Source of the DNA: an uncultured Gemmatimonadales bacterium
GTDB lineage: Bacteria > Gemmatimonadota > Gemmatimonadetes > Gemmatimonadales > GWC2-71-9
Reading direction: 5' to 3'
Assembly (NCBI GenBank): GCA_963844035.1
Contig: CAWJMT010000037.1
Location: 160,001 to 224,000, forward strand
DNA length: 64,000 bases
Below the pieces are notes generated by a model. That model was not told the origin of the DNA. It searched no databases and saw only the letters and a program-made list of their open reading frames with translations. This document shows, piece after piece, positions 1-10,679 of the stretch. The position numbers and the translations under genes were made by a program. The first letter of the stretch is position 1, and each line of letters opens with the position of its first letter.

Positions 1-882
1 AGTCGGGACATCGTCCGCGTGCTCGGTGGGCGGCTGTGGGTGGAGAGCGAGCTGGGCGCGGGGTCGCGGTTCTTCATGCGCCTCGGCCTCGCGCCGGAGC
101 AGGCGCACGCCGTTGAGCCGGGTCCAGCGCCCGCGGCGGCGGCGCGGTCCACGACCGTGCTTGTCGCACACAGCGATTCCGACTGGCGGCGCTTGGCCAC
201 GGTGCGTGCGGAAAGCGATGGCTGGCGCGTGCTAGCGGCGGAGACGGGAGCTGCAGCCCTGGCGTGCCTCGAGCGCGAGGCAGTGGACGCTGTAGTGCTG
301 GCGCTCGAGCTGTCCGACATGCACGGCCTGGAGCTGCTCCAGCAGCTCAACGAGCACCCCAAGTTCTTCGACATCCCCGTCGTTATCGCCGCCGAGGTGG
401 AAGCCCCGGTCCTGACCAAGGACGGAATGGTGGTGGCAACCACGCCGCACGACGCACTCGACTGTGTGCGTCGTCTGCTGGCGGCTCCGCCCAGGGCTAT
501 GATACTGCTGGTCGAGGACGACCCGATCCTGCGCAGGGTGCTTGATCGGGTGCTCCGGCGCGCGGGGTACGCCTGCCTCGCGGTCTCCAAGGCTCCCCAG
601 GCGCTCGAGTTCACCCGCGCACGCACACCGCACGCCATCATCACCGACTACCGGATGCCCGAGATGAACGGCATGACCCTACTGCGCGAAATGCGCAAGA
701 ACCCCGCCCTGACCGGCGTGCCCGCCTTGATGCTGACGGGCCACGCGAGACCCGAGCTCGAGCGTCAGTTGGCCGAGGTGTCGGCCCGCCTCCTCACCAA
801 GCCGGTGGACCTCGCAAGCGCTGCTCGCGCTGGTCGCCCAGCTGATCTGACGCACTGCGCGCGTCGTTCTCACGATGCCTGA
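1..882 (+). CDS. Hybrid sensor histidine kinase/response regulator, 3' part (HATPase end plus two receiver domains); 5'-truncated by the window
   Basis: Frame is open from base 1: SRDIVRVLGGRLWVESELGAGSRF (HATPase end), a degenerate receiver domain, then a canonical one (LLVEDD...ITDYRMPEMNG...LTG...KP). Confidence 0.85.
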   Translation, partial: SRDIVRVLGGRLWVESELGAGSRFFMRLGLAPEQAHAVEPGPAPAAAARSTTVLVAHSDSDWRRLATVRAESDGWRVLAAETGAAALACLEREAVDAVVLALELSDMHGLELLQQLNEHPKFFDIPVVIAAEVEAPVLTKDGMVVATTPHDALDCVRRLLAAPPRAMILLVEDDPILRRVLDRVLRRAGYACLAVSKAPQALEFTRARTPHAIITDYRMPEMNGMTLLREMRKNPALTGVPALMLTGHARPELERQLAEVSARLLTKPVDLASAARAGRPADLTHCARRSHDA

Positions 883-1363
883 GCATTCCGGGGGTCTGCC
901 TCCCGAGCGCACGCCCGAGTTGCGAGCCTATGCGGTCTCGCTGTTGAACACCACAACCGCCAAGCACTACGAGGGCCGCGGCGCGCGCATTCGGCTGGGG
1001 CGCGCGCGTGAATGCGAAATTCGCATCGACGACCCGCTGGTCTCCATGACCCATGCGGAGCTCACGATCGGCCGCGAGGGAGGGCTGGTTGTGCGCGATG
1101 CGGGGAGCGAGCGCGGCACCTTTCTGAACGGGGTCCGGCTTACCCGGCCGCTCCCGATCCGGATGGGCGATCAAGTGCAGCTGGGCGAGGGCGGGCCGAG
1201 CCTGCTGCTCGAGGGACTGGGGACCGAACCGCAGCGGCGGATCGCGCGGCCGCCGGCGTGGACACTCCGACACCGGGGGGGCGTACTCGTCGTGGCGCTC
1301 GCGATCCTCCTCCTCAGCGCAGTGTTTGGCCTCTACCGAGTCTTTGCGGGGCACGCCCGCTAG
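875..1363 (+). CDS. FHA-domain membrane protein
   Basis: FHA motifs RLGRAREC, VSMTHA, DAGSERGTFLNG; hydrophobic C-terminal segment GVLVVALAILLLSAVFGL. Confidence 0.85.
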   Translation: MPEHSGGLPPERTPELRAYAVSLLNTTTAKHYEGRGARIRLGRARECEIRIDDPLVSMTHAELTIGREGGLVVRDAGSERGTFLNGVRLTRPLPIRMGDQVQLGEGGPSLLLEGLGTEPQRRIARPPAWTLRHRGGVLVVALAILLLSAVFGLYRVFAGHAR

Positions 1364-1587
1364 CAGGTGACACTGTCGAAGCAGTAATTTGACTTGCACT
1401 GCGCACGTGGTCTCGTCTTCTGCACCTCCGCTTTCCACGTAACGGCCAGCCACCTCACAATGTCAACACTGTTGTCAAAGTAATTGACGTATGAAAGTGT
1501 TGTATATCACGATGTAAACAAGTATGTTGTGCCGCCTGTACAGATACTCACTGTACAGAAATTAAGCGTCGTATCGAATGTTGCCAC

Positions 1588-1604
1588 CAGGCACATGCCT
1601 TGCC
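1588..1604 (+). promoter_or_regulatory. Sigma-54 (-24/-12) promoter candidate for the pilus-like operon
   Basis: caGGCACATGCCTTGCc: GG(1590-91)-N10-GC(1602-03) with GGCAC and TTGC; lies in an AT-rich intergenic region about 90 bp before the GTG at 1692. Confidence 0.7.
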
Positions 1605-1691
1605 CTAGCAATGGCCTGGAAAAGCGGCCGCAGCTAGGCCCCGGGCGCGTCTCCGGACGAGACGGATTACTACATTAGAAAGGGCGACCTT

Positions 1692-2210
1692 GTGAAGATG
1701 ACCGCGAAAATCACCCTGGGCGTGCTGGCGCTGCTGGCTACGAGCGCAGCCCAGGTTCAGGCTCAGACGTGCGCTGCCAACCCGTGCAGCCTGAACGACA
1801 CGGCTAAAGTCACTGTTGCCACGGTGTTACGACTGACCCTGAGCCAGGCGGCCACGCTGCTCACCCCGCCCGACGAAGCGGCCTACGACGCGGGCTTTCA
1901 GCTCGACAATGGCCCGGTGGCGACGGTGAAGGCGAATCGCGGTTGGACGCTGAAGGTGAACGCCAGCGGCGCTACGTGGACTGCGGCCGGCGGTGCCCAG
2001 GCTGCGAAACCGGCGGGCGACCTGCAGTGGTCGACCAGCGCCGGCGGCACGTACACCAGCCTGTCGACCACTCCGGCGACGTTCACGTCGGCTGCGAGCG
2101 GCAGTGCGGCGGCGATTCAGTCGGTGTTCTACAAGACCCTTTGGAGCTACGCGGATGATACGCCCGGTGATTACTCGTTGGTCGTGGTCTACAGCCTCTC
2201 GGCTCCGTGA
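1692..2210 (+). CDS. Secreted pilin-like subunit 1 (chaperone-usher/Csu/CS1-like beta-sandwich)
   Basis: Sec signal ending AQVQAQ, N-terminal Cys pair, Ala/Thr-rich, C-terminal DTPGDYSLVVVYSLSAP strand; upstream of chaperone-like and usher-like genes. Confidence 0.7.
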   Translation: MKMTAKITLGVLALLATSAAQVQAQTCAANPCSLNDTAKVTVATVLRLTLSQAATLLTPPDEAAYDAGFQLDNGPVATVKANRGWTLKVNASGATWTAAGGAQAAKPAGDLQWSTSAGGTYTSLSTTPATFTSAASGSAAAIQSVFYKTLWSYADDTPGDYSLVVVYSLSAP

Positions 2211-2211
2211 G

Positions 2212-3042
2212 TTGAGGCGAAACACGGTACGCGCGCGCGCTGGCGCGCGGTCCGCGACGCGGCGGGGGCGCTACTTGGCCCTCGCCGCGTTGGCGATTGG
2301 GGCGGTCGCAGGCGTGCCGCGGCCGGCCGCCGGCCAGGTCTCGGTGGACCAGGCGGAGCTGTTCGTGGATGCCGGCGGGGTCGGGCGAAAGGTGGCGTCG
2401 TTCAACATCACCAACGAAGGCAGCGGTGTGGCCCAGGTGACCATCTATCAGTCGGACTGGGATCGTCAGGAAAACGGCGAGCACCGCTTTGTGCCGAGCG
2501 GCACGCTGCCGAACTCGTGTGCGCAGCACATGCAGGTGTTCCCCCAGAGCCTGCGTTTGCCGGCGGGCGCGCGGCAGGCGGTGCGCGTGGAGCTGAACGG
2601 TGCCGACTCGCTGACGGCGGCGTGCTGGAGCATCGCGTTTGTGGAGACGAGCGCGTCGCAGGGAGGCACGGGTCGCCAGGTGACCTACGTGACGCGGCTG
2701 GGTGTGAAGATCTACGTGCTGCCGCCCGGCCTCACCAAGGAGGGCGAGGTCACGGATATGGTGGTGCAGCCCGGTGATTCCGGCCGCCAGCGCGTCGCGA
2801 TCACGTTCCACGATGTGGGCGGTATGCCGCTGTGGGTGCGGGGGACTGTGGAGTACCGGCGTCCCGACAACTCGATCGCGGCCACCGACAGCGTGCGTGA
2901 GTTTCCGGTGTTGCCGGGAGCACGGCGGCGCGTTGCCGTGCCCGTCCCGCGGCTCGCCCGGGGCAACTATGTGGCGCTGGCGCTGCTGGACTTCGGCGGC
3001 GCGGAGATCGCGGCCGGGCAGATCCCCGTCCGCGTGCCCTGA
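2212..3042 (+). CDS. PapD-like periplasmic pilus chaperone
   Basis: Signal peptide (...RPAAGQ); FNITNEG, VFPQSLRLPAGARQAVRV, RLGVKIYVLP, FPVLPGARRRV fit two Ig-like chaperone domains; TTG start at 2212 is assumed. Confidence 0.75.
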   Translation: MRRNTVRARAGARSATRRGRYLALAALAIGAVAGVPRPAAGQVSVDQAELFVDAGGVGRKVASFNITNEGSGVAQVTIYQSDWDRQENGEHRFVPSGTLPNSCAQHMQVFPQSLRLPAGARQAVRVELNGADSLTAACWSIAFVETSASQGGTGRQVTYVTRLGVKIYVLPPGLTKEGEVTDMVVQPGDSGRQRVAITFHDVGGMPLWVRGTVEYRRPDNSIAATDSVREFPVLPGARRRVAVPVPRLARGNYVALALLDFGGAEIAAGQIPVRVP

Positions 3043-3043
3043 C

Positions 3044-3524
3044 ATGCACTCCTGCGCGTTGAGGCTCGGCCTGGCGGCGACGCTGGTCGTGGGAGCGCCG
3101 TGCGCCGCTCGCGCGCAGGTCACGCTGACTCTGTCGCAGACACCCAACGTGTTTCCGGCGCCGGCGCTCGCCGACTACAACGCCGGGATGATCACGAATC
3201 CCACCGGCATCGCGTTTTCGGTGAACGTGACCGGCGGTGGGTTTGCAGGCCCGCACGACGACGGTCTCGATCCGCGCCTCCGGGGCGTCGCTGGGGAACG
3301 GCAAGGCGCTGAGCGACTTGGAGTGGCGTCGCTCTGATCTCGCGACCTGGAGCGCCATGACGACGGCGAACGCGACGGTCGAGTCGCGTCAGGTGCGTTG
3401 GTTCCTCCAAAACGATCCCTGGAGCAATACGGTCTTTCTGCGGATGCGCCTCAACTGGGCGACGGACGCTCCCGCGACCTATTCGACCGGGGTCGTTTTC
3501 ACCCTCACGGTCACCACGCCGTAG
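3044..3524 (+). CDS. Pilin-like subunit 2 (divergent paralog; frameshift near 3240)
   Basis: ATG 3044 with signal (AARAQ) and DYNAG, joined to ORF 3237..3524 with KALSDLEW and WATDAPATYSTGVVFTLTVTTP, the same motifs as subunit 1. Confidence 0.65.
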
Positions 3525-3533
3525 GGGCGCGGA

Positions 3534-6317
3534 ATGCGGCGAGCCGTCTTTCTCTCTGCGATCGTACTCGCCGGGCTGGCCCGGGGAGTCGCGGCGCAAC
3601 AGGCCCCGGGGCGTCCCGCCCAGCGGCTCATCGACAGCGTGACGACGTTGGTGACCGTGACCGCGGCGCCGCGCACGATTCAGGTGTTCGTGGTTCCCGT
3701 TCCTGTGTCGTTCCGCCCCGACCGGCCAGTGGACTACACCGTCGTTCCGACCGGCGGCGCCACGATCATTCCGCCGTTGCACGGGATCGTCGCCGCGGGC
3801 GGGGGTGAAGCACGCAGCGTGATGGTCGCGGCGAGCATACCGGCCGGCGCGCTCGCCGGTGCCACGCACCGTTGCCGCTGTGGAGTTCTCCCAGGGAGGC
3901 ACGACCGTTCCGGTGGCGCTCGAGATTCAGGTCTCGCGCACCCGCAGCGCCAGCGTCCGGCTTGCGCAGCAGCTCTACGGCGCGCAGCCGCGCGAGCGGG
4001 TCACGATCCCGTACCTCGTGACCAACACGGGCAACGCGCCCGACACCTTCGACGTCTCCGTGGTCGCGCCGTCGCAGTGGACGCACTCGGGTCCTCCCAC
4101 GAGCGTCGCACTGGGGGTGGGAGAGACGACCGGCGGCGAGGTGACGCGTGACGGTGCCGCGGACCGGCGTGGCTGGTGTCTTTCAAGTCGGCGTCGTCGT
4201 CGCGGGCAGCGGCCGGCAGCTGGCCGCATCCGAAGCGGTGCTGCAGCTGCTCGACACGCCGTCGGGGAACATGGCGTTCGGCCCCAAGGTCGACGTCGGC
4301 GTGGCGTCGGTGCTCGACGACAGCGGGCAAGGCGAGCCCGGTGGTCGGGATCGAGCTTGCGGGCCCCGTGACCGACCAGATTCAGGCGTTCGGCCGAATC
4401 GTGCAGGCGACCAACCCGCACGCGGTGGACCAGCGAGGCCTGGCGCGGGTCGGCTATTTCGTCGGCGGTTCGTTCCTCACGCTGGCCGCACGGCAATGGC
4501 AGGTCACCGGCGGCAACGCCGGGCGCTCCTTCTCGGATGTGACGGGCACGAGCGCGTACGGCCGCGGCGCGTCGATGGCGTGGACCAATGCGCCCTGGTC
4601 GGTTGCGTCGCTCGCCGCCGTGCCGATCTCCGTCGCCGTTCCGGGCGCTGGGGACGGGCATCTGGTCGGCATGCGTGTCAGCAGGGACGTGTGGCGTCCC
4701 GGCGCGTCGGTCAATGCGACCGTGACCGATCTCCAGGACCCGCAGCTCACCCAGCGGCGGCTGCAGGCCGTCGGGATCGGGATGGTGTCCCCGGCGTACT
4801 CAGGAGTGACCGCGTCCGGCGAGCTGGCGCAGCGCTGGTTCGCCGGCGGGGAGGGGTTGGGCTGGATTACCGACCTCCGGCGCCAGACCTCGCGGGATTT
4901 CGGGGAGCTGCGCTTCGTACACGCCCCCGGTGGGAGCGCCGCGTTCGCCAACGCTAAGGACGCGCTGACTGCTACCGGGTCGCGGATGCTCAGCAGGCGG
5001 CTGGCCGTTTCTGCGGGTGTGTGGACCAGCGACGACGACAACGCCACCTTCAGCCGGCTGCACACCCAGGGGTTGTCGTTCAGCCCCCGGTACGATCTCA
5101 CGCCGCACACGTCGCTGCAGCTCGAAGCGCGATCGAATTCGTTCACGGCCAACAGCGCTGCGGGACTGCTGGGCAACGGGGAGCGGTCGATCCGCGTCGG
5201 CGTGAGCACGCAGCGCGGCACTGGGTACCTGTCCGGCGCCGCCACGCTGGGAAGCGCGTTTCAGACCGCCGGCGTGCCGGGGAGTCCAACGATCGAAACG
5301 TCGGCCAGCCGCCAGGCGCTCAGCGTCGCGGCGGGGGCAGCGACGGACCGCGGCACCGTCGAGGTGAGTGCCAACTTCGACCACAGCGGAGCCGGGATCG
5401 GGCTCCAGCCCTATGCCTACGTGCTCGGCGTGCGCGCTCAAGGGATCGCGCTGGGCAGCTCGCCACGCAGTCCGATGGTGAACGCCGAGTTCCAGTATTA
5501 CAGCTGGTTCGGCGATCGTCCCGCGATGCCGGTGGCGCGAGTGGGGATGGTCGCTCCGCTCCCGTCCAACCTGATGCTCACGCTGGACATCGAGCGCAAC
5601 CCGTTCATCTCCGGGCTCGGCAACGCCGTGCACATCATTCCGGTCCTCAAGCTGACGCGCACCACGCGCCTGCCGCTCGGCACTCTGCGCCCGGCTGCCA
5701 AGGGCGAAGTGTTCGAGGATCTCAACGGCAACGGCGCGCGCGATCGTGGTGAGCCCGGGATGGCGGGGGCGGTGGTGCGGCACGGCGCCGAGATGGCGGT
5801 GACGGATCGCACCGGGCGGTTCCGGTTTTACGATCGATCGAATGTCCCGGTGCGTCTCGATGAGACGTCCCTGCCGATCGGAATGATTGCCGACGCGGCA
5901 GCGACCGCCGGGCCCCAGCAGGCTGGGGCGATCGCGATCGGCGTGATCCGGACGGCGCAGGTGGACGTCCAGCTCGTGCCGACTGCGGACTCGAGCGGCC
6001 GCCTGCCCAACGTGGACCTGAACGGCGTCCCGCTCCAGGCGCTGGACTCGGCAGGCAACGCCTGGGCGGCCCGGACCGACGCGGGGGGCCTGGCGCACTT
6101 CTACGCGTTGCCACCGGGGCGCTATCGCGTGCAAGTCGATGTGAGTGGTTTGCGGGAGCGGCTGCGTCTGGGCCCGATGCCGGCGTTCACGGTCGAGGCG
6201 CACCGCGTCGTTCCGTTGCAGAGGGTGTTGTTGTATCCGCGGCCGATCCGCATGTTCGACCCGAGTGGCGCGGGCCCGCGCGGCTCGGACGGCAGCGGCA
6301 ACCGGTCGCCAAGCTAG
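3534..6317 (+). CDS. Large outer-membrane usher-like protein (N-terminal Ig-like domains, beta-barrel-like core, C-terminal SdrD-B/carboxypeptidase-regulatory-like domains); frameshifts near 3865, 4145 and 4335
   Basis: Signal peptide; VTNTGNAPDTFDV Ig-like motif; long alternating beta-strand region; GEVFEDLNGNGARDRGEPGMAG and TDAGGLAHFYALPPGRYRV motifs. Confidence 0.65.
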
Positions 6318-6744
6318 TGACGCGCGTGATCGCGGTGCTACGGCCCTGGCCGCAATGGTCGCGGCGTGTGGCTCTCCGACCGATTGCGTGGCGGCGCCCG
6401 CGACGCTGCTGGGGCGCTGGAATTACCTGGCGAATCAAACGGCTCCCAGCGCGGCCACGGTCACGGGGATCCTCACGCTCGAGCCCGGATGCCCCAGCTT
6501 TGAGGGCACACTGGACGGATCGGAGCAGGACGACCACGGCAATAGCGCGCCCGTGCATGCGGTGGTCACGGGTCAGGTGCTCGATAGCGCGTCGATCCTG
6601 TTCGACGCGTTCGTCGGTGTGGCCGGACGGCGCCATCTCGGCTCGGTGGCGCACGACTCGATTCGCGGAACGTGGGTCGAACAGTCCACCGGGGGGGTCT
6701 CGCGCTCCGGGTCGTTTGTGGCTGCCAAGGAGCTGACGCCGTGA
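6317..6744 (+). CDS. Small beta-rich lipoprotein in the pilus-like operon (frameshift in the signal peptide)
   Basis: GTG overlaps the usher stop; lipobox AMVAAC, then LLGRWNY...IRGTWVE...SGSFVA. Confidence 0.6.
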
Positions 6745-7289
6745 CGCAGCGTCGTCTCGCGTTGCCGCTGCTGTGCCTGCTGGTGGCCGTTGGACTGGCG
6801 CCGGCGCACCTCGCCGCGCAGAACTGCACCGCGACCACGCCGAATGGGACCTGCACGGCGAGCACGACGACCACCATGACGGCCGGGACGATCTTGCAGT
6901 TGTCGCTCAGCGCCGGCGCGACCGTGCTCACGCCGCCCGCCACCGCGACCTACGACGCGGGCTTCGTGGCCGACAATGGCCCTTCAGCGACGGTGAAGTC
7001 GAACCGCGCATGGACGCTGCGGATCGCCGCCGGTGCGGCGACCTGGACGGCGGCGAACACGACCGCCGGCGTCACGGCCCGCGCCAACAAGCCGGCGGCT
7101 GATCTACAGTGGGGCACGTCGCCGGCCGGCCCATTCACCGGGGCGACCGTGGCAGGTGCGACATTGGCATCTGGAAACGCGACCGGCGGGGCAACGACGA
7201 CGTTGTCGTTCCGTACCCTCTACGACTGGACGCTCGACACTCCCGGCGCCTACTCCCTGGTAGTGCGGCTGACGCTCAGCGCACCGTAA
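6741..7289 (+). CDS. Pilin-like subunit 3 (close paralog of subunit 1)
   Basis: GTGA overlap with the previous stop; LTPP...YDAGF..DNGP.ATVK.NR.WTL, KPAADLQW, DTPGAYSLVVRLTLSAP. Confidence 0.75.
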   Translation: MTQRRLALPLLCLLVAVGLAPAHLAAQNCTATTPNGTCTASTTTTMTAGTILQLSLSAGATVLTPPATATYDAGFVADNGPSATVKSNRAWTLRIAAGAATWTAANTTAGVTARANKPAADLQWGTSPAGPFTGATVAGATLASGNATGGATTTLSFRTLYDWTLDTPGAYSLVVRLTLSAP

Positions 7290-7324
7290 GGCTAGACGAT
7301 CAGGCGCACAGACGGCCAGCGGTG

Positions 7325-7369
7325 AACAGCAAGGAGGGGACAGGAATTTCTGTCCCCTTCCTTGCTGTT
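7325..7369. terminator. Long hairpin, probable bidirectional terminator between convergent pilin genes
   Basis: AACAGCAAGGAGGGGACAG-gaattt-CTGTCCCCTTCCTTGCTGTT: about 19-bp stem with one bulge. Confidence 0.8.
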
Positions 7370-7399
7370 ACATCGCTATGCGTCTGTGCGTCTATGCGT

Positions 7400-7932
7400 C
7401 TAGTCGTTTACCAGCGTCAGCCGCACCACCATCTGGTATGCGCCGGGCGTATCGCTCGTCGGCGTAAACCGCGTGCGGTAGTACAGCGGAAGCGCGGTGC
7501 CGCCGGTCGGGCCGCCCCGTGCTGCTTCAGCGGGACCCGTGCTCAGGCTCGAGAAGCCGTCCGGTGGCGCTGCGTGCTCCAGGTCAGGTCGCTCGCGGGC
7601 TTGTCGAGCCGCGCCGAGCCATCCATCGCCGTCCAGACCTCCTGCGCCGCGCTGATGTGCAACTTCCAGGACCCGTTCGAGCGTACCACCGCGCTCGGGC
7701 CTGCACCGACCTGCGCGCCGTTCTGAATCGTCTCGGGGCTCGCCGTCGCAACGACGACGGGCGACCCTTGGAGCGACAGCCGGAGCACCGTCCCGACGTG
7801 CACCCGCACGGTGTTGGTGACCGTGCAGACCCGCTCCGTGCACTCCGTCGCGGAGGCGGTTCCGGCGCCGACCAGGACACTCGCGGCTGCGAGGGTGAGG
7901 GCGAGGCGGGTGCGGGTCAGGGTCTGGCTCAT
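7400..7932 (-). CDS. Pilin-like subunit 4 on the opposite strand (frameshift near 7570)
   Basis: Signal (GTASA), CTERVC, GTVLRLSL, GPSAVVRSNGSWKL, KPASDLTW, then DTPGAYQMVVRLTLVND in the second frame. Confidence 0.7.
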
Positions 7933-7978
7933 GGTCGGCTCCTAATCGGGTTCAGAGTTGTTCTTCTGCCCCAACCAA

Positions 7979-7995
7979 AAGCACGGACCATGCCG
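7979..7995 (-). promoter_or_regulatory. Sigma-54 (-24/-12) promoter candidate for pilin 4
   Basis: Minus strand reads cGGCATGGTCCGTGCtt: GG-N10-GC, about 50 bp upstream of ATG 7932. Confidence 0.55.
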
Positions 7996-8087
7996 ATCGA
8001 CCGATCTGCGTAACGTGTTGTTTCGCAGCGTCTTGCATGTTCTTGCCCCCGGGGCGCTCAGGGCTTCCAAGTAGTCGATGAATCCAG

Positions 8088-10615
8088 TCACCGTTTTCGC
8101 AACGCGACCTCGCGAATCAGCCGTTCGAGCGTCGCGAGGTCGAACGGCTTGGATACGGTGGGCGCTCCCGAATCCCGAATCAGGGCAGCGGTTTCGGGTT
8201 CGAGCGCGTCGCCGGTGCTGAAGATCAGCCGCGTGAGCAGCTCGGGGCGGTGCACCCGCAACTTCCCGAGGAAATCGCGGCCGTCCATGCCCGGCATCCG
8301 GACGTCCGATACGATGACATCGAAGGATTGTGCCTTCAGGGTGCTGAGTGCCTCGGCGCCGTCGCTCACCGCCGTCGCGTCCATACCGCGACGCGCGAGG
8401 TATTGGAGCATGGAGTTGCGCAGGCGCTGTTTCGTCCTCGAGGATGAGCACGTTGAGACGGCGCTCCGGGGTGCCGGAAATTCTGGTCTCGCTGGCCGGT
8501 CGGGATGCGGCGCGAGGATCGCGCGGCAGCTCGATCAGGAAGCGCGCTCCCCGGCCGGGCTCGGGCTCCACCCAGATGCGCCCGCCGTGGTCGCGTACGA
8601 TGCCGTAACAGGTCGAGAGGCCGAGCCCCGCGCCGACGCCTTCGGGCTTGGTCGTGAAGAAGGGTTCGAACACGCGGTTGCGGATGTCAGGTGGCACGCC
8701 CGGGCCGTTGTCGGACACCTCGAGCCGCACTTCGCGCTCCGACCCCCGCGAGCGCACGGTGAGCGCCCGCGGCGGGTCCACCGTCAAGAGCGCCTGCTCG
8801 GCGTTGATGACCAGGTTCAGGAGCAATTGCTGCAGCTCCGACGCGTTGGACCAGATCTTGGGATGGGCCGGGTCGAGATCGAGCGTGACGGTGACGTTCA
8901 CCGTAGTCAGGTGGTAGGTGCGCAACGCCACGGTCCGGCGGACGATGTCGTTCAGGTCGATCAGGGTGCGCTCTTTGCCGCCGGCGCGCGCGAAGGCCAG
9001 GAGATTCTGGGTGATGCGTCCGATGCGCGTGGCCTCGTCGTAGATCGTCTGGGCCATTTCCCGGTGATCGGACTTCAGATCGTCGAGCAACATGGTCTGG
9101 GCGGAGCCCGAGATGATCGCGGCGGGGTTGTTGATTTCGTGCGCCACGCCGCTGACGAGCTGCCCGATCGCTCCGAGCTTTTCGGCCTGCTGCAGCTGCG
9201 ACTCCCGGCGCTTCTGGTCGGTGACGTCGCGGATCAAGGCCAGGACCTGGGTCACGCGGTGGCCGTCGCGCACCGGCGCGTACAACACGGCCCCGGTCCC
9301 CCGGCGTCCGACCGCGCGCGGGAACGTCAGCTCGAAGGTGCGAACCTCTCCCAACACCGCGGCATCGAGGTTGAGCCGTGCGATCTCGAGCCCTTCAGCG
9401 TCCAGCACGTCGAACAGCGACCGCTCGGAGCCGTCCCCCGGCCCCTGCTTGGCGAACATGGCGCGGGCCGCCGAGTTCATGTCGAGACTGCGTCCATCGG
9501 GATCGAGCACCACCAGCGCGTCGGGAACCGCTTCCATCACGAGGCGGAGATTGCGCTCCGCCGCACCGGTCGCGGCGAGCGAGTCCAACAGCGATCGCGT
9601 CTGGGCCGCAACCTCACGCTCGAGCAGGCGGGCATACCCGCGCTCGGAACGCAGCGCGTAGAAAAATCGCGCGCCGAGAATGGCGATCCCTGCGCTGACC
9701 CACAGGGCCGTGACCGTTCCGGCCCCCGGGCGCGCGGCGCCCGCGAGCGCCAGAACCGCGATGCCGGCCACGGCGATCAGCACGGCAATGGCGCGGGTAG
9801 TCTCGCTCGACAGCCCGCGCGCGCTGCCGTCGGCCGCTCTCCAGGATTCCGGCGCGAGCGCCGCCGCCGCGGCGATCAGCAACAACCCGGCGTCCCATCC
9901 CAGGTCCAGGACCCCTCCCGGAGCGAACGTGCCGAGCAGCGACAGCCGCGCGTACAGCGGGTTCGTGGTGCAGAACACCACGACGCCGGCGGTGAGGAGC
10001 CCGGCGGTTCCGACCGGGAACCCGCGCCGCTGGACCATCTGCCGCAGAATCACCCACAGGACGGCCACGCCGCCGCACGCCCAGGCGATGCTGGTCGCGA
10101 TCGGCAGGAGCCCGGCGCCGGTCTGCAGCAGCGGGGACAGCAGGAATTCGTAGGCGAGCGCGGCCGCGGTGAACGTCACCAACCCCGCGTCGAGTGCGAC
10201 CTCCGGATCGGGGTGGCGGTGCGGCTGGATATTCAGGAGGTCCTGCACGGCGACGATGAAACAGGGATAGATGCCGAGGTAACCGATGTCGGCGAGCGAC
10301 GGGTAGGGCGGCGGGACACGGCGCACGAGCTCGTAGTAGTTCCACACGAGCTGGCCGAGCAGGAATGACCCGCACCCGAAGGCGATCCAACTCCACGCGC
10401 GGCGCTCTTCGCCCTCGGCGCGCTGCGCGGCGTACGCGCAACAGGCAACGGCGAGCAGGGCACACCACGTCCATGACGCATCCGCGATCAGCGCGCGGGA
10501 CCAACGGTCCGCGGGGCCAAACACGTAAGCGGAGACGCAGACCACGAGCGAAACGACGGCGGTCGCGGCGAGCGGGCGGGACAGACGGCTGAGGGATGCC
10601 AGGGCGAGCTCCCAC
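8088..10615 (-). CDS. Membrane-bound hybrid sensor kinase (multi-TM input, PAS, HisKA, HATPase, receiver); frameshifts near 10565 and 8430
   Basis: About 9 hydrophobic segments with PYPSLADIGYL; PAS; GVAHEINNP; QLLLNLVINA; FEPFFTTKPEGVGAGLGLS; receiver VSDVRMPGMDG in ORF 8088..8411; start approximate. Confidence 0.9.
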
Positions 10616-10679
10616 GCTAACCTAACGCCCGCTGGGCAGCGGGACTAGGGACTTAGTGACATGATTCCGCCGGGTTGTT

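Noticed and set aside
1536..1558. LexA SOS box
   Set aside because: Spacing does not match CTGT-N8-ACAG
1484..1678. 64-aa ORF upstream of pilin 1
   Set aside because: Overlaps the AT-rich promoter elements and has atypical codon usage and no motif
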